In this document: positions 30,498 through 40,333 of the stretch, one piece after another | How the letters are laid out: every line of letters starts with the position of its first letter | How positions within the stretch are numbered: position 1 is the first letter of the stretch | Source: Gammaproteobacteria bacterium | Lineage (GTDB): Bacteria > Pseudomonadota > Gammaproteobacteria > Ga0077536 | Direction: 5' to 3' | DNA: 64,000 nt | NCBI GenBank assembly: GCA_963662545.2 | Contig: CAXXLL010000003.1 | Location: forward strand, 2,624,001 to 2,688,000 | The notes under the pieces: model-generated | The model's input: the letters and a program-made list of their open reading frames with translations, nothing else | Database searches by the model: none | Told to the model about the DNA's origin: nothing | Translations under genes and position numbers: made by a program

Positions 30498-30806
30498 ATG
30501 CCCAAAACACGAACTGCCTATCCACCGGCCTTCCGGCAACAGATGATCGAACTGGTACGGGCGGGCCGCAGCCCGGAAGACCTTGCACGCGAGTTTGAGC
30601 CGACCGCACAGACCATTCGCAACTGGGTCGCGCCGGCCGACCGTGATGAAGGTCGCCGCAACGACGGTCTGACCACCGTCGAACGCGAAGAACTGCGCCG
30701 TCTGCGTCGGGAGAATCGGCGGCTACGTGAGGAACGGGAGATCCTTTCAAAAGCCACGGCCTGGTTCGCTCGGGAGACCGATTCGAGGAAATCTTCGAGT
30801 TCATGA
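30498..30806 (+). CDS. IS3 OrfA
   Basis: YPPAFRQQMIELV...LAREF...TIRNWV; EELRRLRREN zipper; AAAAG slip site near 30749. Confidence 0.9.
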   Translation: MPKTRTAYPPAFRQQMIELVRAGRSPEDLAREFEPTAQTIRNWVAPADRDEGRRNDGLTTVEREELRRLRRENRRLREEREILSKATAWFARETDSRKSSSS

Positions 30807-31651
30807 AAGTGAATCAGGCCACTTACCGGATCGCGCCGATGTGCCGGCTACTCGGTGTCTCCCCGAGTGGGTACTACGCGTATTGGACACGTGAACCCTC
30901 GGCGCGGTCGAAGCGTGACGCGCAACTCAAGGCACGTATCCAGGCCATCCACAGCTGGAGTCGAGGCACCTATGGGGCACCGCGTATTCACGCCGAACTC
31001 GCTGATGAGGGGACGCATGTGGGTCGCAAGCGTGTCGCCAGGCTGCTGCGCGAGTTAGGTTTGGCCGGGGTGAGTCGACGCAAAAGGACGCGCACGACAC
31101 GCCGCGATCACGATGCTCGCCCGGCGCCGGATCTGGTCGAGCGTCACTTTGTGGCTTCGCGGCCGGACGCACTGTGGGTTGCTGACGTGACCTACGTGCC
31201 GACGTGGGCGGGGTTCGTGTATCTGGCGGTTGTCGTTGATGCGTTCAGTCGGCGCGTTGTGGGCGGGTCGATGGCGACGCATCTGCGCACTGAACTCGTG
31301 CTCGAGGCGCTCAACATGGCACTGTGGCAGCGACGTCCAGCGTCGGTGATTCACCACTCCGACCAGGGCTGTCAGTACACCTCGTTCGCCTTTGGCAAAC
31401 GCTGCCGGCTGATGGGTGTACGACCGTCGATGGGATCGGTCGGCGATTGCTACGATAACGCGATGGCCGAGAGCTTCTTCGCGACGCTCGAATGTGAGCT
31501 GATCGACCGCCACAGTTTCAAGACGCAGGCCGAAGCGAAGATGGCGATTTTCGAGTTCATCGAAGGCTGGTACAACCCGCACCGTCGTCACTCATCCCTC
31601 GGTCAGCAATCACCGCTAAACTATGAAAATAATTATCAACAGGCTGCTTGA
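30803..31651 (+). CDS. IS3 OrfB DDE transposase
   Basis: TYGAPRI, WVADVTY, HHSDQG.QY, DNAMAESFF, YN..R.HSSLG. Confidence 0.92.
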   Translation: MKVNQATYRIAPMCRLLGVSPSGYYAYWTREPSARSKRDAQLKARIQAIHSWSRGTYGAPRIHAELADEGTHVGRKRVARLLRELGLAGVSRRKRTRTTRRDHDARPAPDLVERHFVASRPDALWVADVTYVPTWAGFVYLAVVVDAFSRRVVGGSMATHLRTELVLEALNMALWQRRPASVIHHSDQGCQYTSFAFGKRCRLMGVRPSMGSVGDCYDNAMAESFFATLECELIDRHSFKTQAEAKMAIFEFIEGWYNPHRRHSSLGQQSPLNYENNYQQAA

Positions 31652-33510
31652 AACCCAAGCGCTATACCGTCCACGGAAACGGGGCAACTCCAGCTACGGA
31701 CGAGGAGACCCTCTGGTGGGAGGTCTGGTTGCCCGTGCGACGTGATCGAGCGGCGACCACGGGCCGATTCAAACAGCTGGCAGAAGGGCTAGGGTTCCAG
31801 CTTGCGCCCGGCGAGCTCCAGTTTCCGGAACGCACCGTGTTGCTCGCGTTTGGGTCGGCGGCCCAGATGAAGCAATCCGTCCTAACGTTGAACAGCATTG
31901 CGGAGTTGCGGCGTGCGAAAGAAACGGCAGAGTTCTTCGATGCGCTGCCGCCCGAGGAGCAACCTGCATGGCTCGACGACCTGCGCGCCCGTTTGACCGT
32001 GCCTGGCCAGGACACCGACGTGCCCCACGTGTGCCTGTTTGATACCGGCGTCAATCATGGGCACCCGCTCATTGCAGCTGGCCTGGCCACCCCGGATTTG
32101 CATACCGTGGAGCCTGGCTGGGGAACGAATGATGGCGATGGCCACGGGACGGAAATGGCCGGACTCGCCCTGGCCGGCAATCTGACTGAGGCGCTCGCCT
32201 CGCAAGAGCCACTAGACGTTGCGCATCGGCTCGAGTCGGTCAAGCTGTTGCCCGCGGACGGCGCCAACGGCAACGATGCCAGGCATCACGGTTATCTCAC
32301 TACCGAGGCAGTCGCGCGTCCGGAGATAACGACGCCGCAACGCCGCCGCCTGTTCAGCATGGCCGTGACCGCCCGTGACAACCGCGATCGCGGCCGACCT
32401 TCCGCCTGGTCGGCGGCGATCGATCGGCTTGCTGCGGATTCGGAAGGACAGGGTGAGATGCCACGGCTCTTTGTCGTGGCCGCCGGGAACGTGAAAGACC
32501 CCAATGCCTGGTCAGAATATCCGGCGAGCAACACGACTGATGGCATTCATGATCCCGGGCAAAGCTGGAACGCGCTAACCGTGGGTGCTGCGACCCAGCT
32601 TGTGCAGATTACCGAACCCGATGCCGGGGGCTATCAACCCATCGCGCCGGTCGGCGGCCTCAGCCCGTTCAGCACCACTTCGGCGACCTGGCAGGCTAAT
32701 TGGCCGCTGAAACCAGATATCGTCCTCGAAGGCGGCAATGCCGCCAAGGATGCCCTGGGCGCAGTATGGATGCCGAGTCTGAGCCTCCTCACCTCGAATT
32801 CGAAACCCGAAGAGCGCTTGTTCACCACCACGAACGCGACCAGCTCCGCGTCGGCAATGGCCGCACGGATGGCGGCCCAGTTGATGGCGGAGTACCCGGG
32901 ACTCTGGCCCGAGACCATTCGCGCGTTGATCGTACATTCTGCAGAGTGGTCGGACGCGATGCGTCAGGCGTTCCTGCCCGCCAACGACCAGCCGACAAAG
33001 ATGGAAATCGCCAACCTCGTGCGCCACTGTGGGTTTGGCGTCCCCGATCTGGATCGAGCTATGTGGAGCGTGGAGAACTCGCTCACCATGGTCTGCGAGG
33101 AACAGCTGCATCCGTTCAGGCGACACGGCCGCAAGGAACCGACCTTGCGGGACATGAACCTGCATCGGCTGCCCTGGCCTCTGGAAGAACTGGAGGCGCT
33201 CGGCGAGACGCCGGTCTCGATGCGGGTGACGCTGTCCTATTTCATAGAACCCAACCCATCTGAGCGCGGGTTCTCCGGACGATACCGCTACGAATCACAC
33301 GGCCTGAGGTTCGACGCGAAGCGACCCGCAGAATCAGAGGCGGACTTCAGAGCGCGAATCAATGCGGCCGCACGCGATGAGGAGGAGCGGACGCGGAGCG
33401 GTGGCGATGATCCCGGCTGGGTAGTTGGCAAGCAGAACCGGCACAAGGGATCCCTGCATTCTGACAATTGGCTGGGAAGCGCCGCGGACCTTGCCAGTCG
33501 AGGCGTGTGA
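31648..33510 (+). CDS. S8 subtilase (IetS/Y4bN-like), truncated at both ends; start and stop supplied by IS ends
   Basis: FDTGVN..HP, GHGTEMAG, AAGN, KPDIV.EGGN, NATSSA, WPETIRALIVHSA; native part 31693-33507. Confidence 0.85.
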   Translation: MKPKRYTVHGNGATPATDEETLWWEVWLPVRRDRAATTGRFKQLAEGLGFQLAPGELQFPERTVLLAFGSAAQMKQSVLTLNSIAELRRAKETAEFFDALPPEEQPAWLDDLRARLTVPGQDTDVPHVCLFDTGVNHGHPLIAAGLATPDLHTVEPGWGTNDGDGHGTEMAGLALAGNLTEALASQEPLDVAHRLESVKLLPADGANGNDARHHGYLTTEAVARPEITTPQRRRLFSMAVTARDNRDRGRPSAWSAAIDRLAADSEGQGEMPRLFVVAAGNVKDPNAWSEYPASNTTDGIHDPGQSWNALTVGAATQLVQITEPDAGGYQPIAPVGGLSPFSTTSATWQANWPLKPDIVLEGGNAAKDALGAVWMPSLSLLTSNSKPEERLFTTTNATSSASAMAARMAAQLMAEYPGLWPETIRALIVHSAEWSDAMRQAFLPANDQPTKMEIANLVRHCGFGVPDLDRAMWSVENSLTMVCEEQLHPFRRHGRKEPTLRDMNLHRLPWPLEELEALGETPVSMRVTLSYFIEPNPSERGFSGRYRYESHGLRFDAKRPAESEADFRARINAAARDEEERTRSGGDDPGWVVGKQNRHKGSLHSDNWLGSAADLASRGV

Positions 33511-33606
33511 GAACGGCGGTGACAAATTAGTCCACGGAAGCGGCGGGATTTCCCAGCCGCGGGCGGAGTAAAACTCTGCCACCTGTAGCCTTCGATCTTT
33601 TTTGAG

Positions 33607-35120
33607 ATGGAAGGCGGGAGGATGTACACCGTGGACCTATATCTGCGCGTTCGGCTGGCCTGCCATGTTGATGGTCTGAGCCAGCGAGAGGCGGCAAGTC
33701 GGTTTGGCATTGCGCGCGAGACGGTGAGGAAGATGCTGCGGCATTCGGAACCGCCGGGATATCGGCGACGCCAGCCACCGAAACGCCCGAAACGGGCCCC
33801 CTTCACGGATATCATCGACCGTATTCTGGAGGAGGACCGAACGGTTCACCGTAAGCAGCACCACACGGCGAAGCGTATATTCGAGCGCCTTCGCGACGAA
33901 CATGGCTTCACGGGCAAAGAGACCATCGTGAAGGATTACGTTCGGGAACGGCGCCTTCGTCGGCGTGAGATGTTTGTGCCGTTGTCACATCCTCCGGGCC
34001 ATGCTCAAGCGGACTTTGGCGAGGCGGATGCGATCATCGCCGGCGTCAAGTATCGGGCGCATTTTTTCGTCATGACACTTCCCCACAGCGATGCCTGCTT
34101 CGTTGCGGCCTACCCGTCAGCGACGACGGAGGCCTGGCTGGACGGGCACAACAGAACCTTCGCCTTCTTCGGCGGTGTTCCCCGATCGATTCTCTACGAC
34201 AACGACAAGTGCCTGGTGTCGCGCATCTTGCCGGATGGCACGCGACAACGAACGCGAGCGTTCAGCGGACTGCAGTCCCATTACCTCTTCGAGGACCGTT
34301 ACGGCCGTCCCGGCAAGGGCAACGACAAAGGCAATGTTGAGGGGGTGGTTGGCTACGCCCGACGGAACTTCATGACGCCGCTTCCCCGGTTCGCGAGCTG
34401 GGACGCCTTCAACGCTTACCTGGAGGAACAATGCCGCAAACGGCAAGACGACGTCCTGCGCGGCCACCGCGAGAGCATCGGCGAACGGTTTGTGCGTGAC
34501 CGCGAAGCGTTGAAGAGGCCACTGCCGGCACCGTTCGACGCGTGCGACAAGCAGGGCACGCGGGTCAACTCGCTGTCCCTGGTGCGCTACCGGACGAATG
34601 ACTATTCCGTGCCCGTCGCCTACGGCCATCAGGAAGTCTGGATCCGTGGCTATGTCCACGAGGTGGTTATCGGTTGCGGCGCCGGGATCATTGCCCACAC
34701 CCCCGTTCCTACGACCGGGAAGATAGGGTCTTCGATCCGATCCACTACCTGCCTTTGCTGGAGCACAAGATCGGTGCCCTGGATCAGGCCGCGCCGCTAG
34801 CCGGATGGGAACTGCCTGATGCCTTCCCAACCCTGCGCCGTCTCCTGGAGGCGCGCATGGGCAAGGCCGGCAAGCGGGAATACGTCCAGGTCCTTCGGCT
34901 TCTGGAGACCTTCGATCTCGAGGTGCTTCACGGCGCGGTGAAGGACGCCCTGCGCCTGGGCGCGATCGGCTACGACGCCGTCAAACACCTTGTGCTGTGC
35001 CGTATCGAGCGACGCCCGCCCAAACTCGACCTGGATATCTATCCCTACCTGCCTCGGGCCAACGTGGCGACCACGGCCGCCGCCAGTTATATGAGCTTGT
35101 TGGGTGGAGGCGCGTCATGA
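33607..35120 (+). pseudogene. istA: IS21 transposase IstA, frameshifted
   Basis: 1-nt deletion near 34696 (GCCCACAC versus GCCCGACAC in copy 2). Confidence 0.88.
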
Positions 35121-35887
35121 CCGATACGCCGCAAGTGTTGCTGGCCCATCACCTCAAGACCCTGAAACTGCCGACGTTCCTGCGCGAATACGACAAGCTG
35201 GCCCGCCAATGCGCCACCGAGGGCGCCGACCCTGTGCGGTATCTTGTCCGTCTGACCGAGTTGGAACTGATCGACCGTGAGCGCCGCATGGTCGAGCGGC
35301 GGATCAGACAGGCCAGGTTCCCCGCCGTCAAAAGCCTCGACAGCTTCGACTTCAAGGCCATCGCCTCGCTCAACAAGATGCTGGTTCTGGAGTTGGCGCG
35401 ATGCGAATACGTAGAGCGTCGTGAGAATATCATCGCGCTCGGCAACAGCGGAACCGGCAAGACCCATATCGCCCTCGGTCTCGGTCTGGCGGCCTGCCAA
35501 AAGGGGCTCTCCGTCGGCTTCATCACGGCCGCCGCCCTGGTTCATGAACTGATGGAGGCCAGGGATGAAAAACGCCTGTTGCGCCTGCAGAAGCAACTGG
35601 CAAAGTATCACCTTCTGATCATCGACGAACTCGGCTTCGTGCCGCTCTCGAAGACCGGCGCCGAGCTGCTGTTCGAAGTCTTCAGCCAGCGCTACGAGCG
35701 GGGCTCGATCATGGTGACCTCCAACTTGCCGTTCGATGAGTGGACGGAGATATTCGGCTCGGAACGTCTGACCGGGGCTTTGCTGGACCGCCTGACCCAC
35801 CCTGTCCATATCCTGGAAATGAACGGCGAGAGCTATCGTCTCAACCAAAGCCAAAAACGGCGGAAATCCCCAAATACGCCTGCTTGA
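35117..35887 (+). CDS. istB: IS21 helper ATPase IstB
   Basis: GNSGTGKT, IIDELG, TSN, LLDRL. Confidence 0.93.
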   Translation: MTDTPQVLLAHHLKTLKLPTFLREYDKLARQCATEGADPVRYLVRLTELELIDRERRMVERRIRQARFPAVKSLDSFDFKAIASLNKMLVLELARCEYVERRENIIALGNSGTGKTHIALGLGLAACQKGLSVGFITAAALVHELMEARDEKRLLRLQKQLAKYHLLIIDELGFVPLSKTGAELLFEVFSQRYERGSIMVTSNLPFDEWTEIFGSERLTGALLDRLTHPVHILEMNGESYRLNQSQKRRKSPNTPA

Positions 35888-36087
35888 CCACCGAACTCAA
35901 GGTTGACCCGGTGGGTCCACAGGAACCTCCCACGCTGCTTCGCTCCGCGTAACGCAAGCGCTACACGAAGCAGCGCGGGTCCCTCCTATGGACTACCGGG
36001 ACAACCCCCCAACACTGCGTACCGCATAACGTTAAGTGGACTAGTTTTGCTCCGCCCGGGTGGACTAATTTTGCTCCGCCGTTGACA

Positions 36088-38288
36088 CTCGTCACCGTGC
36101 GCAGCGGTTCCTGCAGGTCGTGGGAGGCCACGTAGGCGAACTGGCCGAGCTCCTGATTGGAGCGTTCGATTTCGGCGCTCTTTTCGACGAGCCGGCGTTG
36201 CGCTTGCGTGCGTTCGGAGACCTCGCTTTCAAGCTCGGCCGTGCGCGTCTCGATCTGATTGATCATGTCGCTGAGGGCACGCGCTACGACGCCGATTTCA
36301 TCGCTCGCGGCAACCGGTAGGTCAGTTCGCCCGGATCCCTTTCCGTAGGCGGCCGATACCTGCGCGATGTGCCGCAATGGGCCGATGAGCGCACGACCGA
36401 ACCACCAGCCGATGAGAAGCGCGACACCCGTAACGATGGCGGCTGCCGTCAGTGCCTGGCGGCCGCTGGCGTGGGCACCGATCAGTGTCGATGCGGGATC
36501 TGCCGCCAGTAACAGGTGCAAGGAACCGCGACCGTTTGCAGATTCAAGTTCCACGCGGCGTTCATGCACGACCGTCGTCCGGCCATCGGCCAAATGGCGC
36601 CGTTCCGTGCTGGACGCATTGCTCGATGCGGTCTCGGTGCCGGTATGCGCCAATTGTCGAATCAATGTCGTAAGCTCGCTTTTTGACTTCGGCATGTCCA
36701 AAGGCGCCAGCAGCGCACCGTGCGCATCAAGCAGTACCATTACCACATCCGGTTGCTCGAACTGCGCGAGTTCGGCGAGCATGCGTGCGAAATCGAGTTC
36801 GATCACAATAAGCCCGGCCCAGGTCGTCGCCGCGACTTTAACCGGCAACGCGACATAGAACGCCGCCGGCGCACCCGCGGTCGGCGCGATAATGCGGAGC
36901 TCGCGCGCACCAGCCATGCTCATGTCGTCCGCCACCGCCGCCCAACGCCGCACGCTCGTGCCGCTTCCTAGCGAGCGCGTGCCGTCGGGCGATCGCGCCA
37001 CGGTCGTGAGGTTCGCCCATTCACCGTCGATTCGGCTGAACACCCGGATACTCCGGTACAAAGGGTAGACATCGAGAACGTTACGCAGCAGATCCCCAAG
37101 CAGCGTGACCTGGCGTCGCGTTTCAACGCTCGGGTATTCATCGTTCGACGCTGCCGAGACGAGATATTGGACGGGCGGCGCCGCGCCGAAATAGCGCGCC
37201 GTCGCGGTCGCTTGACCACTGACCGTCTGCAGCTCCTGGGCCACGATTCTTCCCTGCCATTCGAGTGAATGTGCGGTGTCGTTGTACAAGGCAGTACGCA
37301 AATGCACCCACACGATGGATGTCGTCACGGCCACCGCACCTACCACGATCAGCGAGATCATGAGCACGATCTGCCGGCTAATGCCGAACGAAACGTCCGC
37401 GAGCACCGCACCCTTATTCGGCGTTCCGCCAATAACGCTTGCAGGCTGCCGTCGATCGCCGCCCTGCAGGTGGCTCCATACCAGCTCGCACAGCACGCAC
37501 AAATAGCTCACCTTCTTCAGCATGTGCGCGGCGTCGAACTCGAAATCGAACAACCGCCCCGAAAAGGACATGAACACCACCTGCGCGACCAGATTGATGA
37601 TCAGTGCCAGCACCAGCCAGTGCTCGAAGACGTCGTGGCGCCAGTCGCCCTTGCGAAGGTAGCCCGACAGTGCGATGCCAAAGAAAATCGCCGGGACGAA
37701 TTCCTCGGGGCGATGAAAGAGTATTTCGGGGTAATAAGCCGGCGGCAGCGGCACCAGGGAGAAGAACAGAAAGCTGAGCAGGGTCAACGCGATGCAGCCG
37801 AGGAAAATGGTGTCGGTATCGACGCGCCCGGCGGCGCCCAGGCGCTGCTCGCGCCGCCATACCGCGATGCTCATTAACAGCAGCAATGAGAGATAGAGCC
37901 GCGAGGCGATCCAACTCCACGGGATCAACGAGGCCAGGTCGGACGGCAGGTAGTGTTTCAACGCCGCCGAGGTCACCAGTGCGTGGTAACCGTCGAGGAA
38001 TCCGGTGCCGATGAATCCGACGCCGAGGATGAGCGGCAGCGAGCCGCCGACACGGCGCCAGCGACGTAACAGTAGTAGCCCTACCGATAGGGCGAGGATG
38101 GTCGCTGCTGTTTCCATGCCCGTGTGCAAATTTGCAGTGCCCTGCCAGGTGGCGCCTCGCAGAACGGCGTATACCACCGATAGCCCTACGGCGGTCAGCC
38201 AATAGCTCAGGATCCGCCGGTGCGCGCGGGCATGGGGATTCGGGCTCGTACTGCGCGTCGCAAAGACATCCATCGCTGCGGTATTCAC
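36088..38288 (-). pseudogene. Membrane sensor histidine kinase (MASE3-like + HAMP), truncated just after the H-box by IS21
   Basis: Multi-TM N-terminus, HAMP (DEIG), FAYVASHDLQEPLR then IS21 sequence; no HATPase domain. Confidence 0.85.
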
Positions 38289-38291
38289 GAT

Positions 38292-40064
38292 TTATCCCCG
38301 CGCCTGAGCACCGACACTGACGATAGTTGGGCCCGTCGCGTCGGCATACCCGTTAGTTGGCAGGGGATCGAACGGCCCTGCCACAAGCCGGCGTTCCATC
38401 GCCTCCGGCGGCAGCGCGCGGCTGAACAGCCAGCCCTGCATCACGCGACAACCGTTATCGAGCAGGAAAGCGGCCTGCGCTTCGGTTTCAACACCTTCGG
38501 CCACGACATCGAGACCGAGGTTCTGCGTTAGACCGATAATCGCCTTGACGATGGTTTCACTTTGTTCGTCGATGCCGATGTCCTTGACAAAGGAATAGTC
38601 GATCTTGAGCGCCCGGATTGGCAGCCGGTTGAGATAGGTGAGCGAGGAATAACCGGTACCGAAATCATCCGTCACGATTATCACGCCCAATCGATCGAGC
38701 TGCTCCAGCACGGCGACCGCGTTATCTGGATCGTCCATCACCGCCGTTTCGGTCAATTCGAGTTCGAGTACATGCGCGGGCAGGCCGCTTGCCGCAAGCG
38801 CCTTCGATACGCTTTCAATTAAGCTGTCACCCTTGAGTTGTACCGCCGAGACGTTGACCGCTAGACGCGCGTCCACACCCACCAATCCTGACTGCCACCA
38901 ACGGCTGAAGTGCGTGCACGCACGCCGCAGCAGTCGATCGCCCAGCGGGATGATCAGACCGGAGCGTTCGGCTGCGGGAATGAATATTGATGGCGGATGT
39001 CGCCCCCACCGCGCCAGCGCTTCCATCCCCACAATGATGCCCGTAGCGGCATCGACTTGCGGTTGAAAATGAATCGCGAACTGGTCCTTAGCAACGTCCT
39101 CAGCAAGCGCCGCTACGAGGTCGACTGCTACCCGTGCAGCCTGCTGCATCGACGGGGCGAAAAAGCGATACGTGTTGCGTCCCTGGTGCTTGGCCTCGTA
39201 CATCGCCGTATCGGCGGCCTTGATCAATTCGGCGCTATCGCTGACGCCGTTAGGATAAAGCGCGATACCGATACTCGTCTGGGCGTGAATTTCGTGCCCG
39301 GCGATTTCGCATGGCTGCTTCAGCGCCTCGACGATATTCCGCGCGACTCGCGCCGCGTTATCCGTCGTACCGATATCATCGAGAACGATTGCGAATTCGT
39401 CACCGCCGAGTCGCGCGACCAGATCACCCGTGCGCACACAGGCCTTCAGGCGCTCGGCAACCGCGGCCAGCAATGCGTCGCCTGTCAGGTGGCCGAAGGT
39501 GTCATTGATGTATTTGAAGTGGTCTAGATCCAGAAACAGTAGTGCCAAGGGGCGCTTGCCGCGGTCTGCGCGCGCCATCGCACCGTCCAGAAAATCCTGG
39601 AACAGCACGCGGCTGGCGAGACCGGTGAGGGCGTCGTATTTCGCTAAACGCACGAGTTCGGCGCGCAAGCGGTGACGTTCCGTCGCATAGCGGACCGCCC
39701 GTTCCAGAATATTGGGACTGAGTTGATCGTTAACCAGAAAATCCGCAGCACCTGCTTCCATGGCGGCTTCATCGACCTGCCGGTCGGCCACACCGGTCAA
39801 GATAATGATCGGTAAGGCCGCGACGGCACCACCACACGCGTCGAGCAGATCGAGACCGCTGCGCCCACCGAGTCGATTATCGAGCAGACACACGTCGTGC
39901 GCAGCCGAACGAATGGCCTTGAGTCCGTCGTCGTAATCGCGTGCCCAATCGATCTCGTAGTGAACACCGGATACGTCATCGAGCATGGCGCAGGTCAACT
40001 CGTAATCGGCCTCATCATCCTCGATCAGCAGGATTCTGGTCATCTGTTCCGGCGCGGCCTGCAT
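38292..40064 (-). CDS. REC-GGDEF-EAL c-di-GMP signalling protein
   Basis: ILLIEDD/LLD receiver, RTGD I-site, RLGGDEF, EALARW, DDFGTGYSS, EGVET. Confidence 0.92.
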   Translation of the reverse strand: MQAAPEQMTRILLIEDDEADYELTCAMLDDVSGVHYEIDWARDYDDGLKAIRSAAHDVCLLDNRLGGRSGLDLLDACGGAVAALPIIILTGVADRQVDEAAMEAGAADFLVNDQLSPNILERAVRYATERHRLRAELVRLAKYDALTGLASRVLFQDFLDGAMARADRGKRPLALLFLDLDHFKYINDTFGHLTGDALLAAVAERLKACVRTGDLVARLGGDEFAIVLDDIGTTDNAARVARNIVEALKQPCEIAGHEIHAQTSIGIALYPNGVSDSAELIKAADTAMYEAKHQGRNTYRFFAPSMQQAARVAVDLVAALAEDVAKDQFAIHFQPQVDAATGIIVGMEALARWGRHPPSIFIPAAERSGLIIPLGDRLLRRACTHFSRWWQSGLVGVDARLAVNVSAVQLKGDSLIESVSKALAASGLPAHVLELELTETAVMDDPDNAVAVLEQLDRLGVIIVTDDFGTGYSSLTYLNRLPIRALKIDYSFVKDIGIDEQSETIVKAIIGLTQNLGLDVVAEGVETEAQAAFLLDNGCRVMQGWLFSRALPPEAMERRLVAGPFDPLPTNGYADATGPTIVSVGAQARG

Positions 40065-40333
40065 AGGGGGCGATCCTTGGGTTCTTTTGCCTTTTTCGTG
40101 GCTCTTAGGGGGCTCGGCGCCGAAATCCAAGGTCTGCCGGAGACATCTGCTGCATAGCTTCGCGAGGCGCACGAACCCTGTTGCTGGTTATCGGGCGGGG
40201 ACAGCATTTCTTTAGAAAATGCCCGGCCTGGCGGGCGCCGAAAATTCCGGGACAGCTAACTTTCGGGGGCGGCTAAATCGTTGTTAACGCAGCGAATTTA
40301 CTCAAACAGAGGGGGTAAATCGACGGACGCGGC

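Larger units (their letters stand above)
30444..31692 (+). mobile_element. IS3 family element, intact
   Basis: TIRs TGGAGTTGACCCGTTTTCGTGGA / TCCACGGAAACGGGGCAACTCCA; no TSD. Confidence 0.92.
33508..36087 (+). mobile_element. IS21 family element, copy 1
   Basis: Ends TGAGAACGGCGG / CCGCCGTTGACA with internal repeats; near-identical to 51307-53887; no TSD. Confidence 0.93.

Noticed and set aside
36036-36087. Tandem GTGGACTA.TTTTGCTCCGCC repeats
   Set aside because: Normal multiple transposase-binding repeats of IS21 ends; the same at copy 2
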